DNA of 64,000 nt from Fibrobacteria bacterium (GCA_037447435.1 JBBIGR010000006.1:94136-158135); one strand, 5' to 3'; counted from the first letter of the stretch, positions 8,626 to 19,504 are shown. Numbers and translations are program-made. Notes: generated from the letters alone by a model not told the origin.

Positions 8626-11600
8626 TTACTGAATAATGCGAACCATTTTCTGAATTCTTCCGCTTTGCGTGTTCAACCTGAGCATATACATCCCTGCCGG
8701 TAAACTGGTAAGAACAGCGTTAGGACCAATTGAGCCCGTAGCCACGATGTTTTTAACCAATGCACCTTTAACAGAATACATCGCAAGTTCATAGGAACCC
8801 GACGCAGGAAGTATGAATTGGATTTCATGCGAATTGACCGATGTCACATCGAGCTTATATTCCCGCATGTGTCGCGTTTGCACAACGTCGGTTGGCAGCG
8901 GTGCGGAAGCACCCATAGAAGCAAGGACACCGTAAACCTTGAATTCGAAAAGAGAATAACCGTAGGCGGTAGTACGCGCCGTACCGTTCATCCGGATATA
9001 CCGTGCGGAACCGCTTAGATTGGTGATATCGTCGGTACGCGCGCCGGTCGCCATATTCGTTTTGGTCGAAATGGCCGACCAGGTGGAACCATCGGTCGAC
9101 ACATCGATCGTGTAGTTCTTGGCGGAAGCAGCTTCCCATGTAAGTGTCACGCGGCTGATAGTATAGGTTGCGCCCAAATCAATGCGAATCCATTGCGGAT
9201 CGCTGAACAGGCTGGCCCAGCGGGTTGTCGAATTGCCGTCGTTGACATTGGATGCTTTGAGAAGCGTGCCGTTATTGGTTTCCTCACTCGATGCCAAAGC
9301 AGTTTTACCTTGCCCTATTTCAACGGGTGCCGGTACCGCAGCGGCAACGTCGAGGTAATTCAGGTTGAACCCGCCGGTGGTCATATTCATTTTTAACAAA
9401 TGATACCCCGCCGTAAGCGTTACCCCCTTGACCGGCAGGTCTTTCCAAACCTGATAGCCGGACGCGTCGGTAGAGGTGAAGGTTCCGATCGTTGCGCCGT
9501 CCACGGTCACGGTCATGGTCTTTGTGCCTGTTCCGCCGCAGGCCATTCTCGCGGTAAGGTCATAGGTTCCCGCCGCGGTAACATTGACATCATAGGCAAG
9601 CCACTCGCCTGCCGAAGTCCAACCGACATCGTACCCCCCGCCGGCATCCTGGGTGGCTTCGATATCCACATTGTCTGTTTTGTAAACGTTTCCGGAATTG
9701 CCCGTCGTCAGATCGTGATAGCCGACCCCTTCGCCGCCGGCATTGTAATCTTCGGCCTGGATGCGCCCCGGTAAAACGACGCCTTTTATGCCGTCGTTGT
9801 CGACAATGGTCAGCGTGGCCGTTGCCGGACTGCCCAAGATTGCCCCGCCGCTCACGGCGCTCAAGGTCAAATTCACGGTTTCATTGCTTTCCACCGCGGC
9901 ATCGTCCGTGATAGGCACGGTAAAGCTTTGACTTGTTACCCCTGCCGCAAACGTGAGCGTACCTGATACCGCGGCGTAATCCGACCCTGCGGTTGCGGTC
10001 CCGTTTGACGTTGCGTAATTGACCGTAACGGATCCGGTGCTGCCGCCCGTACGGTTAACCGTGATCGTTGCGGTACCGGCGTTTTCGTTGACAGAATAAG
10101 ACGTATTGCTGAATGCGAGCGTTCCGGGGACCGGGGTGCTTTTCCCGTAGACCTCGAACGAGTACAGTGAATAGCCATAGGTCGTCGTGCGGACGGTTCC
10201 GCTCATGCGAATATAGCGGGCAGAAGTCGCCAGATCGCTGATGTCGTCTGTCCGGGCTCCGGCAGCCATATTGGTTTTCGTCGATACCGTGGTCCAGGCG
10301 GAACCATCGCCCGACACATCGATGGTGTAATTCTTTGCAGACGCAGCTTCCCAATAGAGAACAACGCGATTAATGGTATTGATTGCGCCCAAATCGATTT
10401 TAATCCATTGCGGATCGGCATACGCGCTCGACCAACGAGTGGTACCATTCCCATCGACGGCATTGGCGGGAATATTGGTGGTGTTTTCATTGCTCGACGA
10501 TGTCACGGCCTTTCCACGCGCAAGGTCGGTCACTCCGTCATTGTCGATAAAAACCAGTTCGATTCCCGTGCCTGTTGCGGGATTGAGGTTTCTGCTGTAT
10601 TGACGGGCTGCGGCATTGTTCCAATGTTCGCAAACGCCAAGACTTGCCAACCGCGTCGTGTTGCTGCTGTGATTGGGATCATAAAAGGTCCCGGAGGGAG
10701 GATTATCGGCCTTAGCTCCTTCGATGAGGTAATCCTCGACTCCCGCCATTTGCGGGTATTTTCGGCTGTCGCCGTCGAGCTGCATGAGATCGAACATAAC
10801 GCTTTCGAGCGCGATCGGGTCCTGGGACCCGAACAAGCTCGACGTCCAGTCGTTGTAAAACGGAAAGGTTGTCCATTTACGGGGCGACACATCGTCGGGA
10901 TGCGCCCCGCTGTACAATCCGTCAACGAGACACAGCATTGTTTTTCCGCCGAGCTGGGCATGGCCGAGTAAATCCACCAAAACGCGATATTTTCCGGAAC
11001 CGGATTGATTGACCGGTAAGGATGTGTGCAGGTCATAATATCCGCTTTGTCCGGGCAGGCGATATAAAGAACCGAAATGGTTTTTTGCCACGCCCGTAAA
11101 TCCCGCCATTGAATGACTCTTGAAATTTGAAAAATTGATGAGGTAGGTGGCGTCGACATAATGCTGCGGGATATAATCCTGCGTAATGCCTGTAGGACGG
11201 GAGCTGAAATACATGGGAACGGACGACTTTGTCACCTTTGTCCTGCCGTTTGTTCCCTGATAATCCATATATTTGATATTCGGGAATTCGGCATGAACGT
11301 AATTGTAATATTCGTTGGGAAACAGGCAAATCGGGTCGCCGATCGCGATATCGGATTGCGCGACGCCGACCACGTTGACAAGCTGACGGAAAAGAGCCAT
11401 CATCATCATCGGGGACGTATTCATGTAATCGATTTTATTGACAAGGCTATAGGTGGATGTGCTTACGTTTCCTTCGGAGTAAATGCAGCCGACCATGTTC
11501 GCTTTAATTGCGATTTTTTCTCCCGCAGTATACCCGACATTACCTCTGCCATGCGTCGAATTGTAATAGCGGATAATCGCATCCCATGCCGCAGCATCGC

Positions 11601-12114
11601 TTGTTTTGCCCGTGAGCGATTGCAAAGTTTGAGACATCATTTTATCGACAGTCGCCTGGTCGGTATGCGAAGTTTCCCACAAATGTCCATTGCCGACGCC
11701 AGCCCAATTCGTGCTCTTTGAGTCATGCGTCCAAACGACGCGGCCGGGCATTGTTCCTTTTGCTGTTCCTACCGGTGCATTTGGCGTAGCAAGCGTTGCG
11801 GCCAAAGCAGGTTTGGACGGAGTGGTGAAAAAAATAGCGCCGAGAACAGCACCCATTAACAGACACCCTGTTGCAACAAGATAACGGGTTTGTTGAAAAG
11901 CCTTACGGGCTTTTTTGAAAAAAACCAAAGAGGAAAGGCTTCCGATCGTCCAAAGAATAAAGGTTGTGGCAATCGGTGCTGCTGCCCGAACGCAAGGATA
12001 ATTGATCCTGCTTGGTTTTGCGATAATACGCACTAAAATCCACACAAGAGAACCAAAACCTAACGTTGAAAAAAGAACAGACATCACAAAGTTATGCTTT
12101 TTGCGCATAAACAA
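8626..12114 (-). CDS. DUF362-domain protein with CBM32(F5/8)-Calx-beta-CBM6-like-CBM32 modules and CTD
   Basis: KIAIKAN and INFSNFKSH..GFTGVAKNHFG (DUF362); two DGN.TTRW.S...PQW..IDLG domains; TATAGSDY..GTLTFAAG (Calx-beta); RIQAEDY..GEWLAY (CBM6-like); GMYMLRL CTD. Start is TTG 12114 or ATG 12108. Confidence 0.82.
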   Translation of the reverse strand: MFMRKKHNFVMSVLFSTLGFGSLVWILVRIIAKPSRINYPCVRAAAPIATTFILWTIGSLSSLVFFKKARKAFQQTRYLVATGCLLMGAVLGAIFFTTPSKPALAATLATPNAPVGTAKGTMPGRVVWTHDSKSTNWAGVGNGHLWETSHTDQATVDKMMSQTLQSLTGKTSDAAAWDAIIRYYNSTHGRGNVGYTAGEKIAIKANMVGCIYSEGNVSTSTYSLVNKIDYMNTSPMMMMALFRQLVNVVGVAQSDIAIGDPICLFPNEYYNYVHAEFPNIKYMDYQGTNGRTKVTKSSVPMYFSSRPTGITQDYIPQHYVDATYLINFSNFKSHSMAGFTGVAKNHFGSLYRLPGQSGYYDLHTSLPVNQSGSGKYRVLVDLLGHAQLGGKTMLCLVDGLYSGAHPDDVSPRKWTTFPFYNDWTSSLFGSQDPIALESVMFDLMQLDGDSRKYPQMAGVEDYLIEGAKADNPPSGTFYDPNHSSNTTRLASLGVCEHWNNAAARQYSRNLNPATGTGIELVFIDNDGVTDLARGKAVTSSSNENTTNIPANAVDGNGTTRWSSAYADPQWIKIDLGAINTINRVVLYWEAASAKNYTIDVSGDGSAWTTVSTKTNMAAGARTDDISDLATSARYIRMSGTVRTTTYGYSLYSFEVYGKSTPVPGTLAFSNTSYSVNENAGTATITVNRTGGSTGSVTVNYATSNGTATAGSDYAAVSGTLTFAAGVTSQSFTVPITDDAAVESNETVNLTLSAVSGGAILGSPATATLTIVDNDGIKGVVLPGRIQAEDYNAGGEGVGYHDLTTGNSGNVYKTDNVDIEATQDAGGGYDVGWTSAGEWLAYDVNVTAAGTYDLTARMACGGTGTKTMTVTVDGATIGTFTSTDASGYQVWKDLPVKGVTLTAGYHLLKMNMTTGGFNLNYLDVAAAVPAPVEIGQGKTALASSEETNNGTLLKASNVNDGNSTTRWASLFSDPQWIRIDLGATYTISRVTLTWEAASAKNYTIDVSTDGSTWSAISTKTNMATGARTDDITNLSGSARYIRMNGTARTTAYGYSLFEFKVYGVLASMGASAPLPTDVVQTRHMREYKLDVTSVNSHEIQFILPASGSYELAMYSVKGALVKNIVATGSIGPNAVLTSLPAGMYMLRLNTQSGRIQKMVRIIQ

Positions 12115-12392
12115 GACGCTCCTTTAAATTTGGTAGGGAATCTGCAGGCTTTTGGCGAATGCCATCTAATATAACGGAATTTTGCCCCGTCTCAACATAA
12201 AAAAAAGTTACAAGAAAAGTCAAGAAAATAATAAAATCGCAATAATTTAATTTTTTTTATAAAAAAGGCAGGAAAAACCAATTTGACAATTCAATACTTT
12301 TTAGTCTTCCATTTTTCACGGAATCGTGGTATAATATAATATAGAAAAGCTCTTTTCAATGTGGAGGTCAACATTTAAAAAAAGGAAACATT

Positions 12393-12821
12393 ATGTGTAC
12401 AAAAATGCATTTAATCGTTTCTTTGAGCATTTCGCTGTTCCTTTTCCTGGTAACGTCAGGATACGGCGACGAGAATACTGCCAATGCTCTTTTCTCCGGT
12501 TTGAACAACAGTTTCGGGTCTTCACAAGGCTCATACCAGGAACAATTTCAAAAAATAACCGGATTTATCCAGAACAATTATGTTCCTCTGTGCATAGTTG
12601 CCGCAATGATACTGGTTTTAACCATAGCTTTTAAAAAGAAAAGCACTTCTTCATTCAAGAAATACTCGCTTTCGGAGGAGCCAGAGCCTATTCTGCCGGA
12701 AAATCCGAAAAACGCCAAAACAGATGATGTTCAAGCGCAAAGCCCGCACACTGCTTTAACCTTTGAAGAAACGGATATCATCAATGAATATTTAAAACAG
12801 AGCGAAAAAGTGAAAAAGTAA
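12393..12821 (+). CDS. Hypothetical membrane protein
   Basis: AGGA RBS, signal-like N-terminus, one TM helix, charged tail. Confidence 0.6.
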   Translation: MCTKMHLIVSLSISLFLFLVTSGYGDENTANALFSGLNNSFGSSQGSYQEQFQKITGFIQNNYVPLCIVAAMILVLTIAFKKKSTSSFKKYSLSEEPEPILPENPKNAKTDDVQAQSPHTALTFEETDIINEYLKQSEKVKK

Positions 12822-12923
12822 CCCCTTCTTTGGAAAACTCCGCATTAGGATATTACATCCCTCTTTTCCACATTATATTTTTGTCTGCTCGGACTTTTAA
12901 CAACAATTTTTAGAAAGCGCACT

Positions 12924-14156
12924 ATGATCACCGTAAATGAAAATTTTTTAAAACTGAAATCTTCGTATTTGTTTTCCGATATAGCAAAACGCGTCAACAC
13001 GTTTAAAAGCGCACATCCAGACCGGGAAATTATCCGGTTCGGCATCGGTGACGTGACGCAACCGCTTCCCAAGGTTTGCCTTGAGGCGTTCCACAAAGCC
13101 ACCGACGAAATGGCCGCCGCATCCTCGTTTCACGGCTACGGCGACGAACAGGGGTATGCATTTTTGCGTGAAAAAATCGCATTGTGGGATTTTCAAAAAC
13201 GCGGCGCGAAAATAAGCGCAGACGAGATTTTCGTGTCGGACGGAGCAAAATGCGACACGGGCAACATACAGGAATTGTTCGCACGGGACTTAAAGCTCGC
13301 CATTCCGGATCCCGTGTATCCCGTTTATGTCGATTCGAACGTCATGGCAGGCAGAACCGGCGTAAACGACCGGGGACGCTACGAAGGCATTTGCTATATG
13401 GATTCGACAAAAGAGAATAATTTCGTGCCGCAGATCCCCAGGGAAAAAGTCGACCTGATTTACTTGTGTTTTCCCAACAATCCGACCGGCGGCACGATAA
13501 CGAAGGCGCAATTGACAAAATGGGTTGAGTACGCACGTGACAGTAAGGCGTTGATTTTGTTCGATGCCGCATACGTGGCGTTCATCCGCGACCCGGCGTT
13601 GCCCCAAAGCATTTATGAAATAGAAGGCGCCGAAGAAGTCGCCATCGAATTCCGCAGTTTTTCGAAAACCGCCGGTTTCACCGGCACCCGATGCGCCTAC
13701 ACCGTTGTGCCCAAAGCATGCAAGGCCTACGATGCCGCCGGCAATACGCATTCCCTGCATGCACTATGGAACCGGCGCCACACCACAAAATTCAACGGCG
13801 TCTGCTATATGGTCCAGCGAGCGGCGGAGGCGGTGTATTCCGACGAAGGGCAACAACAAGTGACCTCGCTCAACGATTATTATTTGGCAAATGCAAAAAA
13901 AATCAAGGAGACAATGATTTCGCTCGGCTATTCCTGTTTCGGCGGCGTCAATGCCCCTTATATTTGGATCGATACCGGCATGGATTCGTGGGTGTTTTTC
14001 GATTGGTTGCTCGATAAAGCGGGCGTCGTATGCACGCCCGGCGCGGGTTTCGGCAAATGCGGCGAAGGCTTTGTGCGGATAAGCGCGTTCAACAGCAAGG
14101 AAAACGTTGCCACGGGATTGGACCGCATCGCAAAGGCCGTACAGGGAACAAAATAG
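12924..14156 (+). CDS. dapL: LL-diaminopimelate aminotransferase
   Basis: [41 protein letters not shown] (PLP Lys), [16 protein letters not shown]. Confidence 0.95.
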   Translation: MITVNENFLKLKSSYLFSDIAKRVNTFKSAHPDREIIRFGIGDVTQPLPKVCLEAFHKATDEMAAASSFHGYGDEQGYAFLREKIALWDFQKRGAKISADEIFVSDGAKCDTGNIQELFARDLKLAIPDPVYPVYVDSNVMAGRTGVNDRGRYEGICYMDSTKENNFVPQIPREKVDLIYLCFPNNPTGGTITKAQLTKWVEYARDSKALILFDAAYVAFIRDPALPQSIYEIEGAEEVAIEFRSFSKTAGFTGTRCAYTVVPKACKAYDAAGNTHSLHALWNRRHTTKFNGVCYMVQRAAEAVYSDEGQQQVTSLNDYYLANAKKIKETMISLGYSCFGGVNAPYIWIDTGMDSWVFFDWLLDKAGVVCTPGAGFGKCGEGFVRISAFNSKENVATGLDRIAKAVQGTK

Positions 14157-14164
14157 CCGCCTCT

Positions 14165-14503
14165 TTACAAGTCGTCTTCCGATTCGGCAAGGATGAGGAC
14201 CTTATCCAGGTTCGTTAACTCGAACAGCCGATGCACATACCCCCGGGAATCGGGATTGGCATTGAGAATGACCAATTCCCGGTTTTCCTTTTGCATAAGC
14301 GTATTATAATAGACTATGATGCCCAAGCCGTGACTGTCGACGAAATTGGTACGGCTTAAATCGAGTACGATTTTTTTTAATCCCTTTTTATATAGTCCAT
14401 CGAGCTTTTTCGAAAAACGTTCGACATCGACATCGATGGCGCGACCGATAAGTTCGAGCGTTGCATGGCCTTTGATTTTTTTTGATTTTATTTCAAGCGA
14501 CAT
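14165..14503 (-). CDS. STAS-domain anti-sigma-factor antagonist
   Basis: IVLDLSRTNFVDSHGLG (phosphorylatable Ser) and LFELTNLDKV. Confidence 0.85.
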   Translation of the reverse strand: MSLEIKSKKIKGHATLELIGRAIDVDVERFSKKLDGLYKKGLKKIVLDLSRTNFVDSHGLGIIVYYNTLMQKENRELVILNANPDSRGYVHRLFELTNLDKVLILAESEDDL

Positions 14504-14584
14504 AGGCATCCTGTTGTAATGATTGTTTTGCACATCGGCATCGTCACCGTTAGGGACAATGGGAAAATAGTTTTATACACGAAA

Positions 14585-15829
14585 TCACCGCCACTGGCTC
14601 AAATGCCGTTCTTTTTCGAAAACGTATTTAATAATTTGTTCCCTTTTCCGCTGTTCGATATTGACAAATTGTACATGATGCTTTATAAGCGTTTGGCCTT
14701 TTGCTTCTTTGAGGGTAAGATGGACGATTTTCCCGGTTATTCCCGCAAACGACGTCCCGGGAATGTCGAAATTGATCGAGATAAGATCGTTGAGGCGAAG
14801 CGAAGCTTCATTGACAAAACTCAATCCGCCGCCGCTGATGTCGGACATGCGGGTCGTGATTACCTGGCCGCGCTTGATTTCGCTTGATTCGGGATCTTTG
14901 GTCGAAAGCAGCCGAAACCGAAGCGGCAAACTCGCCTCGATGCGGACATATTGACGCAATTGATTCCGCTTGATTTCCATGGTATGCAAAAGGTCGATAT
15001 TGCCGACGTCTTTGACATTTGCAACCTTTACCTGGACACCGTACAACCCGTCGCTTTGCCGGGCAAAAATAAACCGGACGACCGAACCTTTTTCGATTCG
15101 ATAGACGTCTTCCTTGTCGACATCGTACTGGATAGTGAAGAAAAAGCCGTTATTGTCGACCACGGATACTTTATTGAAAATCGGTTTGCTCCCGTCTCTG
15201 CCGAAAAGAGAACCGCTTTGGCCGATGGCTATATTCCGTGTCGATACCAGCGGATGTTCGAGCGGCAAATGGGAAAAGCCGAGCTTCCTTCGCAGGTCGC
15301 TGAGGAGATGTTCTTCTTTTCCATCGGGCGAGATGCCGGGGTTGCTGCGCGCCAGTTCGTTGACGTATGATTCAACACATTTTTCAAACAGCTGCAAAGA
15401 CTGGAAAATCGTATGGGGTGCCATTACTTTTTCATGACCGATGAGGACGTTGAGCAGATCGCGCTCTTCATCTGTCAATCCATTCCGGGCCGAATTTTCA
15501 AAAAACAAGTCGACGGAATTGATTTTATCCTCGTTTGACTGGCGAAGCGAGCGGACAAAATAGGCAAGCATTCCGATCACAATTGCGACGATCATTCCGG
15601 ACCCGAAAATCAAAACGATAAAAATCCAACCATGGGTCCAATCGGATCGCGTTAGATCTTTTCCCGAAAAAGCATGATTGAGACCGGATACAAATTGCTT
15701 TTCCTGGTCCTGAGCGGCAACAGAGCCCGAACTGTCGACAACCCTGAAAATCGCGGATTTATCACTCGTCGCAACAGTCATAAGCAAAAGCACGGCAACA
15801 ATCGCGATACGCGAAAAGGCATGTCGCAT
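14585..15829 (-). CDS. Membrane-anchored PilZ-domain protein (YcgR/flagellar-brake-like)
   Basis: Signal-like segment and TM helix; RQYVR (RxxxR) and DISGGG c-di-GMP motifs. Confidence 0.82.
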   Translation of the reverse strand: MRHAFSRIAIVAVLLLMTVATSDKSAIFRVVDSSGSVAAQDQEKQFVSGLNHAFSGKDLTRSDWTHGWIFIVLIFGSGMIVAIVIGMLAYFVRSLRQSNEDKINSVDLFFENSARNGLTDEERDLLNVLIGHEKVMAPHTIFQSLQLFEKCVESYVNELARSNPGISPDGKEEHLLSDLRRKLGFSHLPLEHPLVSTRNIAIGQSGSLFGRDGSKPIFNKVSVVDNNGFFFTIQYDVDKEDVYRIEKGSVVRFIFARQSDGLYGVQVKVANVKDVGNIDLLHTMEIKRNQLRQYVRIEASLPLRFRLLSTKDPESSEIKRGQVITTRMSDISGGGLSFVNEASLRLNDLISINFDIPGTSFAGITGKIVHLTLKEAKGQTLIKHHVQFVNIEQRKREQIIKYVFEKERHLSQWR

Positions 15830-15937
15830 AACCAGAAAGACCCCTTTGTGATAATGATTATTCTTTATATAATACTATATTTTATCGTCAGATGTCGACA
15901 GATAGTTTACCGAGTTTTTTTTCACCCGATTTCGTGC

Positions 15938-15965
15938 GCAAGTTTTTTCGTAGAACTACCGATAT
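15938..15965 (+). promoter_or_regulatory. Candidate sigma28 (FliA) promoter for motAB
   Basis: GCAAGTTT-N12-ACCGATAT resembles TAAAGTTT-N11-GCCGATAA; about 150 bp upstream of motA. Confidence 0.45.
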
Positions 15966-16115
15966 AATAAATAGTTAGTGCATACTCGCGCAACAGATGA
16001 TATCATGAATAATAATTTCGGATTTTACCCGAAGATTTGCAATTCTTATATACAACCGAAAACCTTACTCGGCACTATTGCGCTGAAATTCTTTGCGATT
16101 TAAGGAGGTTCGTTC

Positions 16116-16889
16116 ATGGATCCGTCAACCATTCTTGGGCTCATTTTGGGTGTCAGTTTGTTACTGACAGGGTACATCATAGAACACGGTCAATTGGTGG
16201 CGCTCGTTGCCATAAGCCCCATGTTCATTGTATTCGGCGGAACGCTCGGTGCGTGTACCGTACAATTCACGTTAAAGGAAATATTCGGTATCCCCCGTTA
16301 CATTGCCGAATCGATGCAATTGCCCAAAGGAAATGACGCGGCGCTCAAGAAGCTCATAGAAACACTGGTCAATTTGGCGGAAAAGGCGCGGCGTGAAGGC
16401 GTTTTGAGTCTGGAATCGGACATCCAAGGCGAGCTGTCGGACAAGAAATACGATCCCAGCCTTCGCAAGGGACTACGGCTGATGGTTGACGGAAGTGAAC
16501 CGGAACTGATCAAGCATATGCTCGAAAACGAAATATCGATTTACGAAGCAAAGAAAAAACGCGAAGCAGGAATTTTCGAAGCGGCAGGCGGATTTTCGCC
16601 GACCATGGGTATCATCGGAACGGTTATGGGACTCATCCAGGTGCTCGGGAACCTTGCCGATGTGACAAAGCTCGCTCCGGCCGTGGCCGCAGCATTTATC
16701 GCGACGTTGTACGGCATATCATCTGCAAACCTTGTCTTTTTGCCCATCGGCATGAAACTTAAGGGAAAGCTGCAACAGGAAGTGCTGCAGAAGGAATTGA
16801 CTATCGAAGGCGTTATGTCGATACAGGCGGGTGAAAACCCGAGGATACTGAAGGAAAAACTCGACGTGTTCCTGTCGTCCAATAAATGA
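16116..16889 (+). CDS. motA: Flagellar stator protein MotA
   Basis: IVFGGTLGA, AEKARREGVLSLE, PTMGIIGTVMGLI, ATLYG, GENP. Confidence 0.95.
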   Translation: MDPSTILGLILGVSLLLTGYIIEHGQLVALVAISPMFIVFGGTLGACTVQFTLKEIFGIPRYIAESMQLPKGNDAALKKLIETLVNLAEKARREGVLSLESDIQGELSDKKYDPSLRKGLRLMVDGSEPELIKHMLENEISIYEAKKKREAGIFEAAGGFSPTMGIIGTVMGLIQVLGNLADVTKLAPAVAAAFIATLYGISSANLVFLPIGMKLKGKLQQEVLQKELTIEGVMSIQAGENPRILKEKLDVFLSSNK

Positions 16890-16956
16890 TACGGGAAAAG
16901 GATATCGCGGTCGTTCACACGGGATAAAAAAAACCGATTCAAAGTAAAGGTTTTTC

Positions 16957-17712
16957 ATGGCGAGAAAAAAAGAGCATGAGAAGGAGCCGAATGCCGAGCG
17001 ATGGCTTTTAAGCTATGCCGATTTCATTACGCTGTTGCTGGTATTCTTCATCATCATGTATTCCATGAGCAGCATTGACAAAGCGAAATTCGACCAGCTT
17101 GTCCAGGTTTTGAATCAGACATTCGGAGGTAATAAATCCGTTATCTCGATGAATAACAGCGGCATCATGCAGATGAACTTTTATCCGAGCCATTTAAAAA
17201 ACCGGCAGGAAAAAAACCTGTACGTAAAAACGGTTTCCGCATTGCAAAAGGAAATACAATCGAAGGATGTCCGGGTGACCGCCGACGAACGCGGCGTGGT
17301 GATCAGCCTGAATTCGGATTTTTATTTCGCACCCGGTTCCGCAGATCTTTCGGACAGCGCGGAAAACGTACTTGCAAAAGTCGCGGGAATTCTGCAAACG
17401 CAAACGAACGTCATCCGGGTCGAAGGACATACCGACAGTATTCCGATTTCACCCAGCAGTGCGCTTGCCCAGCGGTTTCCATCGAATTGGGAATTATCGT
17501 CGCAGCGCGCTATAAACACGGTTAAAATGCTGGAAAAGCAAGGGCTGCACAAAGGCAGGGCATGCGCCACCGCCTATGCCGATACGAAGCCGCTCAAATC
17601 GAACGACACCGTCGAAGGCCGTGCGGCGAACCGGCGGGTGGAAATCGTGATTATCAATCTGCCCGAAATCGAAAGATTATCGGACGTTGCAAAACCCCAC
17701 GAAGAATTGTAA
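16957..17712 (+). CDS. motB: Flagellar stator protein MotB
   Basis: WLLSYADFITLL with the essential Asp; OmpA-like EGHTD, NWELSSQRA, NRRVEI. Confidence 0.95.
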   Translation: MARKKEHEKEPNAERWLLSYADFITLLLVFFIIMYSMSSIDKAKFDQLVQVLNQTFGGNKSVISMNNSGIMQMNFYPSHLKNRQEKNLYVKTVSALQKEIQSKDVRVTADERGVVISLNSDFYFAPGSADLSDSAENVLAKVAGILQTQTNVIRVEGHTDSIPISPSSALAQRFPSNWELSSQRAINTVKMLEKQGLHKGRACATAYADTKPLKSNDTVEGRAANRRVEIVIINLPEIERLSDVAKPHEEL

Positions 17713-17844
17713 TAACAAAAACGTGCCGGCGCGATACATTTTTGTTATTTCCCATCAGTAAAGTCACAAGATTGTGTTGCACCCCGGCGCATTAAATTAT
17801 ATTTAAAAACTGAAAAAGCTTCACGCTTCCAACAACGGGCGATC

Positions 17845-18066
17845 ATGGATGACAAGAGAGAAAAAGCAAAAGAGTTGGTCCGTATGGCGAACCTTTCGAG
17901 CATCGGTATCGCCCTCATCCTGTGCACGCTCATCGGTTACGGTATGGGATATTTTATTGACAAACATTTCCATACGAAACCGTTTTGCACCATTATTTTT
18001 TTAATCCTGGGAATATGTGCTGGTTTTTTAAATGCCTATAGAACAATTACCAAAGATAGCGATTAG
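17845..18066 (+). CDS. AtpZ/AtpI-family ATP synthase accessory protein
   Basis: Two TM helices, GYFIDKHFHTKP..LILGICAGF, first gene of the atp operon. Confidence 0.85.
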   Translation: MDDKREKAKELVRMANLSSIGIALILCTLIGYGMGYFIDKHFHTKPFCTIIFLILGICAGFLNAYRTITKDSD

Positions 18067-18328
18067 TATTTGTGCCGGATTGGCAATCGGCGCCGCGGAT
18101 TTTGCCGGGCTTGTCGCAACGGTCAAATACTTTACCGCAAAAAACGCAGGGAAAAACATTTTCCTTGCAATCACGGTTTCCGAAATGGTACGATTATTTT
18201 TCGTACTTGGTTTGCTTTTGCTATTGATGATGTTTTCCGGGTTATCGTTCGGCTGGCTGGTTGCCGGTCCTTTGGTCTTGTCGGTTGTTAAGTACATTTA
18301 CGCGTTTAGGAAAATGAAACAACTATGA
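18032..18328 (+). CDS. ATP synthase subunit I-like membrane protein
   Basis: Hydrophobic 98 aa ORF whose stop overlaps the atpB start (ATGA); start uncertain. Confidence 0.6.
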   Translation: MPIEQLPKIAISICAGLAIGAADFAGLVATVKYFTAKNAGKNIFLAITVSEMVRLFFVLGLLLLLMMFSGLSFGWLVAGPLVLSVVKYIYAFRKMKQL

Positions 18329-19020
18329 ACAGCGAACACGAAGTAGTAAATTCGATTCTGCTGGCCCTGCCTCTTCCGGGTTTAACCCATGGCGAAGCGC
18401 TTATCGTTGAATTCACCTGGCTTGTCATGGCCGTAATCATTATCGCAATCACGACGGTTGCGATGCGGCTTAAAACCGTTCCGGGCGGGTTTCAAAATTT
18501 CATCGAACTCCTCACTAATTTCGTCGAGGACTCCCTGCGGGACTTTGTCGGGCCGCTCGGATACAAATATTTCCCTCTTGTCATGACCGTGTTTTTATTC
18601 ATCGGCGTATCCAATTATTTCAGCCTGCTTCCCGGCTGTTTGGCGCCTACCTCGGCAATAAACACGACCGCGGCGTGGGCGATCGTGGTTTTCCTATTCT
18701 ATAATTATGTGGGAGTAACCAAGCAAGGGTTCAAATATTTCAAAAAATTCCTTGGACCGATGCCGGCAATTGCGCCTCTCATGCTTGTCATCGAAATAAT
18801 TTCCGAATTTGCACGGCCGTTTTCGCTGGCAGTGCGCTTGTTCGCAAACATATTGTGCGGTGAAAAAATAATCGGATTACTCTACGGCGCTTGCGGAATA
18901 CTTGTCCCGGTCGTGTGGATGTCGTGGGAAAGCCTCATCACCGCGCCGATTCAGGCCTATGTGTTTTCACTGCTGACGATGCTGTACCTCGCCGGCGCAG
19001 TGGTTGCAGAGGAACATTGA
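18325..19020 (+). CDS. atpB: ATP synthase Fo subunit a
   Basis: PGGFQN, APTSAIN, ARPFSLAVRLFANI (conserved Arg), IQAYVFSLL. Confidence 0.95.
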   Translation: MNSEHEVVNSILLALPLPGLTHGEALIVEFTWLVMAVIIIAITTVAMRLKTVPGGFQNFIELLTNFVEDSLRDFVGPLGYKYFPLVMTVFLFIGVSNYFSLLPGCLAPTSAINTTAAWAIVVFLFYNYVGVTKQGFKYFKKFLGPMPAIAPLMLVIEIISEFARPFSLAVRLFANILCGEKIIGLLYGACGILVPVVWMSWESLITAPIQAYVFSLLTMLYLAGAVVAEEH

Positions 19021-19163
19021 GAAAAAGTTACGTAAGGCCTCACCCTTTTTCCGAGATTTTAGAAGGGCATCCCGAAAGTAACGTTGAGGGAAACAGAGTT
19101 TTAGATACGAGAAAATCATAGTACTTTTAACATAGTAGAATCAAATAACCAGAGGAGGAATAG

Positions 19164-19421
<258 letters not shown>

Positions 19422-19504
19422 TAAAGGCGTAAGCATTCGGTAGTATTATAACGCCGAACGTTTCACTGTACCTACGCATAGTTCCGAACACGAGAGGATA
19501 GCAT

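Noticed and set aside
8930..10530. Nucleotide similarity between two segments as a mobile repeat
   Set aside because: Explained by the two paralogous CBM32 domains within one gene.
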